From Catajapyx aquilonaris (taxonomy: Eukaryota): a stretch of DNA of 64,000 bases. The stretch is taken from assembly GCA_000934665.2 (NCBI GenBank), contig KZ538214.1, positions 62,001 through 126,000 of the forward strand, written 5' to 3'. How positions within the stretch are numbered: position 1 is the first letter of the stretch; every line of letters begins with the position of its first letter. Made by a program: the position numbers and the translations under genes. Below are positions 40,901-54,979 of the stretch, piece by piece. A model generated the notes under the pieces. It was not told the DNA's origin, did not search any database, and worked only from the letters and a program-made list of their open reading frames with translations.

Positions 40901-42315
40901 TTTTTGTGTGCTTCCAACGCACCCTCCCCGCCAATCCTCTCAGGACCAAAAACGTGAGGCCCATGAGTGTATTAGCTCCCAGAAGAAGAAGGCGCAAAAA
41001 AAAGAAAAAAAATCTGACGATTTTCGCAGGGGGTCCAAAAAACCGCCTTGAATTTCTCATTCCAAGGGCCTTTTTTGGATGGGGGAGGCGAAAGCATATA
41101 GGAGAAAACCTGAACGTTTACGTTGATTGTCTGCCTACCTCAAGGCAAAAGTGTTGGTTAGAGGAGACTTGGAGAAAAAGGGGGGCTCACCTCAAAAGAG
41201 AGTACTTACCGTTCATGTGATGGGAGACTATACAGAGAGCTACACTTCTGCGCCATGTCTTTGCCTGCCATTCAGGGACACAACCATTCCAGGCTTGGGA
41301 GGGTTGATAAAAAGAGAGAAAGAGAGAGAGAAAGAAGAGAGATATCAGGCGATCAGATCTTATGGCTTTGGGGGGGTTGTAATCAATTGGAGGGCGGTGA
41401 TTTGTTGGGTTGTTGGCGTAAATGTCTGAATCTATTTCCCATGAGTTTAAATTGCTCCTAAATTCGGACATTTATCGGCTGTTTTTCATCCCGCAAATGC
41501 TGTGCGTGCTGAAAGAACAAATTCCGTGTTACATGCTTGTTATTATAAGAGTTGGATGTTGACGGCGTTAATTAAGTTATTCTGATGGTCTGTTAATTAA
41601 GTGCTCTTAATTCGGATAATTGCTGCGTTAAGTGCATTTCTACAAGTTGTTTAAACACTTTTTTTAAAAAATAAAAAAATTTGGATTCTTACATGGAAAC
41701 CCCAGCAGAGGATTTGTTAGGAGACCGCTTGGGTTTGCTTTTATGTACTACTTCTGGGCAAATTCCTTGCACTGCTCAGTTAAGCCTGAAACACTTCCGC
41801 GCGCCTTCACGTACAGTATATTTTATTAAGGCCTTGCTGCTGGGTTCCAGTTCGGAAGTCATACTGCTTTGCTGGCTTTTATCACCGTGGGCGCAATGGA
41901 AGTGTATAGAGCCTCCTGTGTTTGGGAGGGAGAATACGCTCGCATGCACGTTTAATTCCTGTGCACTCCATTGCTGCGGTGGAAACAAAGGCAGGATTAA
42001 TTTCCCAATGAACAAGGGGTTGGTGTTCATACTCGCACCAACGATGTCCGCACCGAAATGAAGATTAAAAGGCAATGATTCAGGGAATATACACCGGGAC
42101 CGGCCTCAAATCCTGAATCCCACTAGCTCGGGACAGTTTCGTGCAAATGAACGGGAAAAAAAAGAGTGCTGCTGGAGAGCGAATATGAAACGCAGGAATT
42201 GATTCACTTCCTGATTATTTATTTAAACGTGACAATTTCGGTTGGGATTTAGCTCTGCACCTATAGGAGCTCACCTCATTTAAATTTTATACGCTTATTA
42301 CGCCATAATTATCGC

Positions 42316-42394
<79 letters not shown>
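42316..42394. repeat. (AAT)n microsatellite
   Basis: Seen directly. Confidence 0.97.
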
Positions 42395-42395
<1 letters not shown>

Positions 42396-45034
42396 GTGAT
42401 TTCTAAGCGTATAAATTAATTTTAAAAAATTCATTACTTCACCTGCATGATGCGGAAGAACACTTGCCAAAGCTCATAATTTCATATCGGTGTGAACAAT
42501 AATTTCGTTTTATTCAACCCTTGCTTTACTGTGGCAGTTATCGTGTAAGAGCAAGAATGATGTCTTGTAATCCATACCAGTTAACGTACTGTGTCACACA
42601 TAATACCCTTGCTAAGGCCATATAATCACAAGAACGGTCCGGAGAAAATATCTTTATTGTCATTTGTTGCCATTTCCCACGCCGTTTTTGTGGGGGGAGA
42701 TATTTTCCCATCCTTCTCTTCCCTCTTCTGCTCCGGTTTTCTTTTCCTTTTTTCCCCCCCCTTTTTTGGCATGGAATGGAGCAAGTGGCTGGCATGGAGC
42801 CAAGACAGGTCGAAGAAGAAGTTAGAGGGTCTTCTCTCTCACCCCTCCTTCTCCTCCTCCTCCTCCTCTCTCTCTCTCTTCCGAAATTGTCAATTTCCTA
42901 TTGTGAAAGGCCCTCCATTTCCAATGGGCGCCATTACTCTCAGGTGATGTCACGAATGCCGATTTCCAAAACCGCGATCGGGGGGGGGGGGGGNGGCGAC
43001 AGGAAGCAATTTCGGAAGGGCCAAAGGAAGAAATCAGGCGTTGTGCCTCCTCTCCTTCCCCCCTTAAAAAAAACGGCCATACCATATCATACATATATGC
43101 ACAAAAACTCATGCAAATGGAGCACTTTCGGTAGGTGCGACACATCCTTTTGTGGGTGTGAATTCTCCAGCCATTTTCTGTTATTCCGCCATCTTTGGCA
43201 CGTCTGGAGAAATCCCTTTCAGTTGGTTCATTTTCCGTGTGTTTGGCCACGCTATCTGTGATGAAAAGAACTTGTGCGACAGGCCGTCGAGACTCCTTCC
43301 AGCAGCCATTAGCCTATAATTTGACAGACAGAAAGAGCAGCAACTTGGGGTGGAAAACTAGGGAAGAAAAAAAAAAGGGAAACAAAAGCTCTGGGGGGAA
43401 TCAGCTGATGAAAACGGGGAGGAAAGAAGGAAAAACTGACTGATTCACTTGGGGCCAAAACCCAGGGTTTATTGCCTTTCCCAAACCATCACCCTTTTCT
43501 GTTTATCCGGGACTAATCCTTGCAGCATTAGAAGAAAGGACCGCAAGACCGCAGTGTGAGCAATGATTTACGCGGGGGAGTTTATCGCATTAAGTCCCTT
43601 AAATTAAATAGGGGGGTTAATTACGAGCAGAGCGCGGGTTTTTTGGTCACTCACATGTGGGGAAGAGATTAACTCAAGTGCCATGTATATAGGGGTATAA
43701 TCTGGTCGAATTTACGGGGGCGAGCCTGCGGGTGTTTCATAATGAGTTGGACATACTTCTAGGGTGACCTGAGGATCATTTTGTGTAGAGGTGTCATTTG
43801 GCCTATGAAGCCTCGTTACAATTTTAATAAATGCCAGGAATACAGGGTCCATTTTGTTATATATAGAACAAACTGATGGAGACAAAGGCGCTTCTCTCTT
43901 GTGTCCATTTATGCAATTATGCCACTGGCAATCAGCATTTTGCCACCTGAATATTGTATACGAGTGGAAATTGCGCTGATGTTGTGCAATCAACATGGAG
44001 ATGGTCTCTCATTGTCTGAACTTCCACCCTTCCAGCCAACACTATTGTTACGTGAAACGCTACAGTCGCCAACATTGTGGTTTTGATAACCATAGTGCAA
44101 TGCCAACTTTTAAGCCTCTGGCATGACTGCTAACCTTGAATTTCCACTATTGCTACGTGCTGGCCTATATTAGCATAGGTCAGCTCCGGTCGATTTTACA
44201 ATCCGGTTTCATGTAATTACGTGTTATCAGCAAGTCCAGAAGCACTTGCCTGCAGCAGAAGCTCCCCAGTTAGCAACAATGTATGCAGCTGTCTAAAGAT
44301 AGACCCACTCATTGACATTGTCGCTAAAAAGATGTTGCTTACTACATGGTATAGTTCTGGACTAACACGAAATTCTGGGGCACAAGACGAGGCTGCGGGA
44401 AGGGAATTACAAAAAGGAATGTATATATGTAAGGAAAGCTCAGGAAGCATCAGTAGACGGGCGAGGGACAGTCGGCAGAGCAAGACTTTGCCTCTAGTCT
44501 GGCACGCTCGGCTGCTCCTGTCGTGTGGAGGTGAAAGCACATCTCCTTTTATCAAATTTGCCTCGTGAAAGCGCTAACCCTCCCCAGCAGCAGCCTCAGC
44601 CTCCTTTCTTTTCTGCTTCTGCTGCCATCATGCCAGGGCTATATCTGCACAGATAAACCAAGGCCTGCTGCTGCTGCGTCGGTTTCACTACTAGCTGAGG
44701 ACCATTGCATTATGGAGCAGGAGTTGTGACACTGACCGACAGCCTCTATGCTGCTGGTAAGAGCAGACTCGCACACACCAATAATTGTAAATAAAAAAGA
44801 AGATCCGATCAAACCGTCAGAATTATGAGGCCTCCCCACACCTAACTTTGCGTTTATCAGTTGGAAGTGAGAAGGATATACCACCCCACACACCCCCATC
44901 CTATCCCATGATTTCCGGAACTCTGAGGCTGAGCGTAATCGAACTAAACGATAAGGGCTCAAGAGTCCCAGAGAGTCGCTTAGGTCGGAAAGGGGCAGAG
45001 GATTTCTTCCAGAGACTTAGTCGGACTTAAAATG

Positions 45035-45420
45035 GTCTGCGGTTAATGGGGAAAAAGCACATCTTGAAAGCCTAGTGGGAAGTTAGGAGGAGGTTTGACA
45101 CCGACCTATTAGCCCGAATCCCTCCTGAGCCAAAGGAAACCCCTGCTCCTGACCTACAAAACTAAAAGACCTTCCAGACTATGTGCAGCAAGCAACCCTA
45201 GGAATATTGGCCCCAACCCAGGGACTAAGAATCCGGGGGATGAGTTTTCCGGGAGGCTGCAAGGCGCGGGAGGTATTATCTCCTCGTTAGGCATTAGGGG
45301 GGGCAAAGGGATAAAAGGAAATGGGCCAATAACTTTAGGGGGGCCCTCCGCTCCCTGTGGAATCCGCAGCCAGAAACCACACCCAAAACCAGACCCAGAT
45401 CAGGCATCCAAAACTAACCG
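45035..45420 (+). mobile_element. Decayed non-LTR retrotransposon (Jockey-like) 3' fragment
   Basis: Broken translation RLMGKKHILKA..., SLLSQRKPLLLTYKTKRP..., VESAARNHTQNQTQIRHPKL resembles the post-RT region of Jockey-type ORF2. Many stops and frameshifts. Confidence 0.35.
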
Positions 45421-47913
45421 CAGATACCCCCGGAGAAGAAGGCCCCCTTGATTTCCAAAGCACGAATTATCAGCGATTGAATTTAACCAAAAGCAAAACC
45501 TCTCTATAGGATCGACCAAGCTTCATTCAAAACTTGACAATGGCTCTGGGGAAATGGATCCACCAGCAACATAACTTACGTGAGGTCAAGCTGAAAAATT
45601 GTTTTAGCGTACAGTATATACATTATTCGCTCTTATGAACATACTGGGGTGTAAAAGTGCATACTTACAGGATGCAATTAGTGCAGTCTTTTAGTTGAGC
45701 GAGAGCCCTTGGTTGTAGGGGGCCTAAATTCGGATAAAATCAGGGCAAATACATCCGCCTACAAGCCTAATATATTTATAGTCCTTTTAATGTTCCACTC
45801 AGGTCTTTTAAAAGTCTTTAATACGTTATAATTGCGTTATATCCGATAATTTTACATGATGTACCAGGTTAATTTTGTAAATTTGCCTGTTTTTGACAGT
45901 ATATGGCGAGGACTAAATTTTTTAACAGTTTAATGTGATCTTTTGTTTTTGGACAGATGCACAATTATTTTTATATACCCAAAACATGTTAGTACCAGAC
46001 GTGAGATGTGAAAGTAAGAGCCCTCTAAAGTGAATCATTACAGCAGCGCTTATAAACCGTGCAAGATGATAATTCAGTTGCAGAAGCGAGGGATTTTAGA
46101 AGGGAGTCTCCGTGTCTCCGGGACGGAGGTTGCATTTTATCTTCAAGTTATTTGAGCAGTCCTAGAATGTCCGGATATTGCAGGAAACCTCTTTATTCGT
46201 CCATAAGTCAGGCAGGATGAGAAAACTTTTGTTACTGAGAAAACGCAAATTGCCCTCGGCATAAAGAGAGGAAAAGGTCTTAAAAACTGGGGGTTAACCA
46301 ATCAACACAATATGTGTATACAGATTATTATAATAAATTACTAATATTATTCTCTAGCCGCACAATATTTTAACTGAAGTTGCACCTTGAAAGGCTTTCA
46401 TGTCTGCCTTTGGATTTCATTCCCTCCATTTTTTTTGTCCAGTTGGTTGGCGACAAAGTGGAATTCAAGGCCCACTTGTCCACTGCCTGTGGGTGCATAT
46501 AAATCATTTTTGCAGATGTGCAGGAGGTGATATTCTTCTCCAGAAATTGGTTTCTCTCCTGTTGTAACTGAGAGATAGTAAGATTTATTTTAGAAGATCG
46601 CTCCGGTCACATCCATCTTGCAAAAAAAAAAAAAGTTCTTTCCCTTCTTGCGAAGCATCCACTCGAATGTGGGAGATGGAATTAGTTTTTATTCCCCCCA
46701 AAAACTTACTGCGGTTTGTAGTTTTCTTGCCTTGAGGACTGGGGAGGTTAGGGACGTAGAGGGGGAAAAAATATGAAAAATTGCCAGGGGAGGTCCACTT
46801 TTCTTTCTACTTTCTTGGGTCTGAACATGCATGAATAAGTGCCAGTACATACGCAGCTTTGCAGTAGATACGTCACGCCAAGTTCATTTATATCTAGTAT
46901 CAGTGATTCATCGCCAGTTTTTGACTTTCATACCGCAACTTTAATGAAAACACGTCTAGTCATACTGGCAAGACCGTTTACTTGATANCCCTCCCCCCCC
47001 CTCCCCAAAAAGCCGCATAGTAAATGGCTGGCTGCATCTTCCTCGACCACAATTGGAAAGCCGGTTGTGACACTGTTCTGACGACCCAACCCCACTGCAA
47101 TATTAAAATGAAGGAGGCGCCAGCTTCTCTCTGGGTTGGTTTATGTAGGCCGGGCACTGGGACCGGGCCCAAAAGGCTTGTTTTGGGGGGCAGCATCTGC
47201 CTTTGCGCCATCCACCGGAACCGCCAACCGCGACTCTGACCGCGACCGCAAACGAGGACCGGATTACTGGCAGCAGCTAGCACACCCAGCCATCGGCAAC
47301 AAACCCGGATTTGCAAGGACATTTTTCGCTAATTGCTCGTTTGCTGAAAAAAAATATAGGTGTCGTAAATTCCAAGGCGGATTCGCATATAGAAAGGAAA
47401 TTATGGAGTCAGACGTGCGGCTAGACTTTTTGTATGTATACGAGTGCGTGTTCTTGCATTGCCGGACGCAATTAACGCACTGGGATGCTGTATAGAGACA
47501 AGGATCAGTCCTCCCCCCCCCCCCCCCCCAGCTCTCTGGAGCAGCAGTCTGCATTTGGTGATATCGGAGGACTTTCCCGGATTAACCGGCTTGCTTTTGC
47601 TGGTGGTGGGAATTACTGGGGGTGGACACGTGGCTTGATTGCCCGATATTCAGTTGCACAAGAGTAAGCACAGATGCTTAGAGAGATCAAGAGAGAAGTT
47701 GTGTCAATGGATGCTGAGGGGGGCGCTGCGTCTAACATCGTATAATCTGGTAACACTGGGCAGTTTGCGAAAATGAAACGATGTAAAATTTTCAACGGTG
47801 GGTGGGGTGAGATTGTGCCAGCGCATTTTTCGGACAACTCATTACCAACTCTCAATGTAGTGAAACATGCCTTAAATTCGCTTGCTGCCAGTAGGGCGCA
47901 CTGTTGTCCAAAG

Positions 47914-48255
47914 CAGGGAGCATATACTACATAAGAGGCGCAAACATTCGATTTCCGCGTCTCTCTGTTTGGGGCGTTGCCAAGGCTGGCGGCCATTTTG
48001 AAGTGTGGGCAACGCCAACGAGTATAAATAGGGTACAGGCAAAAATAGGGTCCGCCATCTTTGATTCGCGCGTGTTCTTGCCGTGTGGCCGCCAAACCCA
48101 TCAAAGATGGCGGACCCTATTTATACCTCGTTGGCGTTCCCCACACTTCAAAATGGCATCCAGCCTTGGCAACGGCCCCAAACAGAGAGACGTGAACATC
48201 AAAGGCGCTGGCAGAAGTTTGCGCCTCTTATGTAGAATGTAGTATATGCTCCCTG
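47914..48255. mobile_element. Fold-back MITE nested in an older inverted-repeat element
   Basis: CAGGGAGCATATACTACA...TGTAGTATATGCTCCCTG with long imperfect arms; 7-bp direct repeat TCCAAAG at 47907-47913 and 48256-48262. Outer IR GGTGGGGTGAGATTGTGCCA (47801-47820) / TGGCACAATCTCACCCCACC (48270-48289). Confidence 0.85.
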
Positions 48256-49812
48256 TCCAAAGAATCTGTTGGCACAATCTCACCCCACCTGGTACAATCT
48301 CACCCCAATTGACGCTACCGTGCATTGAAAATGGACCAATTTACTCATTTTCAAAATGTCCATTAAATGTACACAGGATGTAAGTTGAGACAGGTTGAGC
48401 GGCATTAATAGCTGGTGGAGTAATAACCGGAAACTGATGACAATCTGTCGTGTCACGAGTTTTTCTTCGTTTTCATCTGGCTGTCCCTTTTCCTCTGTCC
48501 CCAAAAGCTTCGAAATTGACGCGTCAGGGGGCGTCGGAAACTTCCATCTTGGGAGGGATTTATTGACAGAATCTGCTAGAAGAACATGACAGGTAAACAA
48601 TAAAAGGGAAAATGGGAAGGAACAGAGTAAAACGAGTTAGTTCTCTTTTCAGCAGCTCATGCGGCTTAGACTCATATCAAGCTCGAACCGCCCCCCCCCC
48701 NCCCCCCCCCCCCCCCCCCAAAAAAAATAACTATGCACTTTCCTCCGAATTTTAGTGACTCCAGAAAAAGAAAAGGGATCTGCAAGTTTCGGTGCAAACA
48801 AACTGAAACTTTTTCTCTCTCTCTCTCTCTTTCTTCAAGATATTGAAAATTCTTCTTGAGTCCGGAGAAAAATGAACAGGATCGAAGCTTGAATATTCGG
48901 GTGAAAATATATATAAAAAAAAGCTTGGAAGAAGGAAAACTGGATTCAACGCACGCACATTGCGTCCCTTTTGTTCCCAACCCCTTTTCTAAACTTCCCC
49001 CACGATTGAGAAGAAGGGGGGGGGGGGTGTAAATTGATCCCTATTCATCAATAAAGATTGAAGGAGTAAAATAGTGACGCAGTCTCATTTCAGAGCCCTA
49101 TATACAAGGGAGTGCAATAACATTTTCCTCCCCCACAGCAAACCAGCAGCACGCAGAAAGTTAGCTTTGCAAAGGGAAGAAGAAGGCTTAGGGCGAAATT
49201 TCCCTCGAGGTCACTAACTCTTCTCCTCGCTTGCGGAAATAATCTAAATCTAAATCAGAAAGCAGGCACCCCCTTCTTATAAAAGGCTGGCAAAGAAGAA
49301 AAAAAAAAACCAAAAAAGTCGAGGACTCCATTCTTTCGCCGCGGATTTCTTCTTCCCCCCCCCCCNNNNNNNNNNAAAAAAAAGGAAAACGATAGATTGA
49401 GCCAATGAGAAAGGTGACACTGGGTCACTGGGGATTGATAAGAGGGAAAAGGGAGATAGACTCAGAGTTGTACTCTTGGTTCCAGTCACGTGGGAACTGG
49501 AAATGTCCTCCGGAAGGATAAGCACGCCGTTATGGGAGATGAAGCTGGGAAATCTGGAGGGCCTGGAAGGAAATTTCGGGGAATACGTAAATTAGTTGGC
49601 GGCGACGAATCTGTCGGCCTGATCGGTGCCTTTCGCGGACACATACTGCGACAAACGGCCCTCTTTATCTCTCTTACATGCGAGGCCCTCTCGGATGATA
49701 AGATGTCGCTCCATCTACCAGGAGTTGTGGTTATTTTTTTAAAAGCACCTATAGAATAGGGATCACGTGCGTTTGTAATAGGGTGTCAATCCGGAAGTCC
49801 AAAGAAAATTAA

Positions 49813-49872
49813 CAATTTTATTCGTGCCATCCTGAATGAAGCGCTTCATTCAGGATGGCACGAATAAAATTG
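49813..49872. repeat. Perfect 60-bp palindrome with no spacer
   Basis: CAATTTTATTCGTGCCATCCTGAATGAAGC|GCTTCATTCAGGATGGCACGAATAAAATTG. Confidence 0.95.
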
Positions 49873-52588
49873 AAGCTGCCTCACAAACAGTTTGCACTAT
49901 ATAAAATCGAGTGTAGAAGAAATTCTTGCGAAGATTGCGTTGTACTGATGCAGAATTATTTATCAAGTTATTCTTACCCCATCCGCACTAGTACGACGGA
50001 AGTGTGTACTTGGGATCATAAATATTGTTATATTGCAGGTGAGCACGGAGGTGAAATATGGTTTGAACGAATGCAATTAAACAAAGTGACTGGTTTGCAT
50101 GGCTCACCACTAAAGGAGTGCGCATGTTTGTATGATGGCAACATACATAACGGCTGTGTCACATCCATAACGCAGGAAGATTTGCTGATTATCTGGCTTT
50201 GTTATAGAGCACACAAACGTCTATTTTACTGCTGACACACCATCACCATTTGAAATCCCCAAGTTGTCATTGCAATGCACACAATCCAATCCACAAACGC
50301 GAAAATCCGAAGTGACGACAACTTATTGGCATGAGCCTATCATTCCTGAGAGCTCAATATTTGCATGAAATTGAGTTTCGAGCGGAGCCCTTGAAAATAA
50401 TGCGATTCGGTCCACCGCACCTGATCTTGTTACACGTATATTTCGCCAAAAGTGCAGGTATCAAAGGTTTTATCCGAGACGAAGTCGAATCCGTACTGCG
50501 CAAATTATCGGATGTGATTCCACCGTGTCGTAGTCTCTGAATTTCTATATCCCTATTCATGTCTGGTGCTGCTGGATGCTCAACAAATGCAAAACCTTTG
50601 TTATAGTATTACGCTTTTGAACGGCTTGAAAATGACAAAAAGAAAAGGCAAGATTTCCTGGAAATGCAGCGTCGGCAATGCGTGTCAAAGCTTCTGCACA
50701 AAATTCTGCACTTTGAGAAGTTCTGCTTTCGGAAAAGTGTGTGGGCGGATAAGACAAAGGAGACTATAAGTATCTTTAGACTCTTCCTGAGCGGCATTAA
50801 GACGACCTGTAAGTGCTACATGTAAAGGAATGAACAGGCTAAAATTAAATACGTCGCAATATTAACTACGCAGCACGCTTTTCTATATTCATATGGATTG
50901 ATACAAGCAATGAAAGGATGCGTGACAAATGTAAAAATGCGGCAACGCATTAATGAAAATTTCTAGAAAGTTTTAGTAGGGGCCATTCTTTCAGCCGAAT
51001 TTAATGGCTCAATAAAGTGGGGGGCACCGGAAGGATACAAGAAGGCAGGAAATAGGCAAGCGATGGTGAAATTCAATAAGTGTCGAGCATTTCCAACTGG
51101 TGCAGGCCTCGGCTTGTGGAAGGGAAAAGAGGAAAGGATGCTGTGCTTTTCCTTTTCTACCAAAAAGGCTTCTACACGACATGGGAACTGGCTGCTTGGA
51201 TAGGACAAGACCAGGCGACTAATGTGAAAGGTGACAAGCAAAACGGCTGGGCCTTCTGGTTTGTTTCAAAAAAAAAAAATTAGGTGCAAGGGGAAGTCTT
51301 CAGGCCACGTATAAAAAAACTTTAAGTTAATAAAGTGTCACTTTTGGACAGCCTATTAGAAAAATAACCTGGACAGAAACATGTGCATAAGTTTTGTCTC
51401 TCGCTTCTAGGTTCCCCGGAAGTAATATTTTTTCGCCTTGAAAGTGATCGTTTCTCATGAGGTTGCATGTCGGAACGACAATTAAATAGGTGCTCGTATT
51501 CCCACACACGACGTGCGGTATATCTCGCGCGACGGTGTTATGAAAATTACTTTCTTTTTTTTTGCCGCTTTCCTTTTCCGGATCGCTTGCACTGTAAACA
51601 TTAGATTCAGGGGACCTGACATTGCCCATTTCCGCCCATCGCGTGACATTGCTTCGGGAAGTGTCGCGCGCCCATCTCAAAACATCGCCATTATAACGCA
51701 TTACTTACCGCGTCTCACGGGAAGCTTAGCAAATTAAGAGCGTCTTAATTGCGGGAAATGGGGGCCGCAACAAGTTTTGCATTGACAGGCTCTCTTTGTG
51801 ATATTCTCAAGTAGCGATTTTCGTAATGGAAAAGTGTGTGAGAGAGTCGACAGATATACACAATTCCGTCGGACAGGTGGACAGTTCGCACGGAAGCCGG
51901 AGCGTCATCTGCGTCCCTGTTGAATTTGTCATGGTTCCGGGGGCTGTATGTAGGCCTGCTGGATGCGAGTACACAAAGGGGATTTGCCATTATCATTAGC
52001 AAGGAAGTAGAGGGGGCCGAGGCGTGCTAATGGCCAATGGTGGTTCTCTCTCTCTCTCTCTCGCTCCCTTTGCTGCAGCCATGGATGATCGAAATTCGCC
52101 ATTATCTTTTGCAGAAATAAGAGGATGGATCGCGGCCAAGGGAGTTCCTCGCTCCATCCAATCAAACCACACTTGTTCTCAAAAGAGACGGCGAAAGCCC
52201 CGTTGTTTTAATTCCCTGGCAGACACGTCAGGAAAACCGCTGGCAATTTGAACACTTGAGGACCTCCTTCTTGATGGTGGTTCTCTTGAAGGTTCTACTT
52301 GTGCTGCTTAGGTCGTGATCTTGGGAGAAGCAGTGCGAAGGTCAGGCTTGTCTGGAAGTGAAAATGTCGCTTCGGAGCTCGAGAGGAAATTGTGTCGGTG
52401 ATTGACCGGATGCTCTAGGGTCAATTGGCTGCGATCGTCATTTCGACTATTAGGACTGTTAGTGTGTCCAGGTAAAGATGTGCCGAACGATCCGTCGATC
52501 CAACCAACTAATGCAGTAATTATTGTAATAAAAATGTTTTATTTTAGTATAAAAGTTGTAATTCACAGTCGTATCTGGCCAACACCCA

Positions 52589-54979
52589 CTAGATGCTAGT
52601 GCTGGTTGAAACGCTTCTGTTGAGAGTGATGTCATCATCAGCACCACACAGCCTTTTAATCCACCTCCAGACGGACCCCAAGAAAAGTGAGTACGCCTCT
52701 CGATAACAGCTAATTCTGAAAGAAAGACAGCAATGCAATGATATAGATCAAACGACAGTGAAAGTTGAAAAACTATACCTGAGAGCATATACGAAAAAGT
52801 TGAGCGCAAAAGTGAGGGAGGCCAAGAGAACAGCTGGCCAAAAGGGTGATGGCCAACTTCCGTCCCAGCAGCAGAAGTAAGCGACGGTCAAGGGTCCATC
52901 GCACACGAAATGTATCGCACCCAACAAGAAGAAGACGAGTGCCACTCTATTCTCCCTCATCTTCAGCTGCTTCTTTGTTGTCGAGCTGATTCCTCTGCAT
53001 GTGCAAGTCGCATAAAGTATATCAGAACACCTGATTTGAAAACTAAACTTATTCTTTTAGGCCAACTAAATAGCTGAAGGGTTTACTTTCATACTTGTTT
53101 GGCGCAGTTCCTTGTTGGAGAGATAGAGAGACAAAATTGGAGTGAGAAATTACGTGAATGAGCGTAGGTCCGCCCAGCTTTGGTGTAGTTTAATTCCCAT
53201 TAAAACGAGGCTGATGAGAGTGACTGCGCCGGGGAGTAACAAGTAGACACCGACCACCAGGTTGGGCTGCTGGTTTTGGACGTGTAGTGTCATGCACTGC
53301 CCTGATTTGTAGCTGTACCCAAATGTGCCCTGAAACTGATGTGAAGCTTGCGTATAATACATACACATACAGCAGACTGACATGCACTGTTGAAAAGGCG
53401 GAAAAGTGGATGGGAAACAAAAATGTCGCCTCATTGCATTTTGCTACAAAATAAGACATTTTTTTGAATTCTAAAGAGAAGTCAAGTTTATAGTAGTTGT
53501 AAGACGAAATTAAGTGAGATTTAATGCGATATCATGAGCAGTCGGATTCTATTGCAGATAAACAATACATCCCGAAACTAATACTGTACTACATGCCATG
53601 AATTACATGAACTTTTACATACTCAGCTACGTTGCCAGCAATTTGTTTAACCCTCCTCTTGCAGCCCAATTTTTCTTAACTTTCCTGTAGTGGCGACGAG
53701 AAACTGGCATGCTGATCTCTCGAATAAATCACCAGACGCGGTATACGTGTACTGCAGAAGGCTCAATGTGACACAGTAATCAATCACTCAGGGGAAGCAA
53801 TTACTCTGCTTATATGAAACAAAGTGAGCGTTATTGCCATTGTGCGACGGAAGGGAGCTCAGGAGATACCGCATTACACCTCCCTCGAAAACCCGGGGGT
53901 TTGCTGCTGGGGAAGCATCGGGAATATACTATAGGCCTATAAGTTTGATTTACCCGTACCCCTAGCGCTATAGGCAGATTGAATCCGATGGATACGAGCC
54001 AAATGGCAGCTATGGCAGGAATTCCGCGGAGAGACTCGAACACGAACCGGTAAGCCGATGGCCACCACAGCGCCATTGCCCTGAATTCAAAGAGACAAAC
54101 AGGAAGACAGTCAATTTGTTGGGCTTTAATTTATATTACTATTATCACAATCCCAACCTGCAGAGAGGGAAATTCCTTACCTGTTCATTGACATGGCAGC
54201 GATTGTGTTGGGTGACACCTGGCCTATTATGTGACGCAGGCAGGCAGACAGGTAGCAGCTAGTAGGTCCGAAGGGCCACCCACGCATCAGGAACGTCATA
54301 GCCACCAGAGGCAAAAACACTGCGCAGAATATGAAGTCGACCAAGCTCAGGTTCAACAGAAGGACAGTGGCGTAGCTACGTAGCGGGCTGAAAAATTCCA
54401 TATTTTCATATTTCATAATTTTAGTACATGTTGGATGGGTTCACACGGACGTGGTTGTCGTTGGGTCGCTGTCGTTGGGACCAACCAATCACAGCAGGCT
54501 CGTTCTGAATGGTGGACAGCTTCAGCCTATCAGAACTAGAGAGCCTCGAGTGAGAGAGTCGCCAACTTCCTATGGAGGCCGCCATCTTGCATTTCTATGG
54601 GGGAAAATGCCCGGCTCTGACGTCACGGTCGACTCCGATTGGCTGGGAGCCAGCCAATCAGAGACGATATGACGTCATGAGTTGGCTACTCCTTAATCCT
54701 AACGACAGCCAGTGTGAACCCATCTTTTAAAACCCTCTGGTGGCTATACCTGTACGAGTCCCGGCATCGTCGTCTGGCGTAAGGAATTGCGACGAGCGTG
54801 AGCCCATTTCCGATTGCTCCAACAATGGCAACCAGAATGAAGTGAATGGCTGCTCCGGTAATCAAAGCAGGTTCCGCTACAGGAAAGCAGCATTCTGGAG
54901 GATCAGGTCCCAGGCACAGGTTAGAGGTGTACACTTCGTCCTCATCGGAACACACACTTAGCAGGCTGGTGTTTGACAT
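52589..54979 (-). CDS. Rhodopsin-class orphan GPCR, moody/Tre1-like. complement(join(52589..52715,52779..52994,53154..53329,53954..54080,54181..54387,54750..54979)); ~360 aa
   Basis: Five GT-AG introns with consistent phases; the exon 3 donor could be 53954 or 53960. Seven TM segments: TM1 VGAIGNGLTLVAI, TM2 LLNLSLVDFIFC, ECL1 GWPFGPTSC, TM3 end AAMSMNRAMAL, TM4 IWLVS..LP, ECL2 GTFGY..GQC, TM6 FVCDGPL, TM7 LNFFVYALR, helix 8 YREAY. Confidence 0.88.

Noticed and set aside
44217..44962. Overlapping 107-115-aa ORFs on both strands
   Set aside because: No homology recognised and no coherent exon chain.
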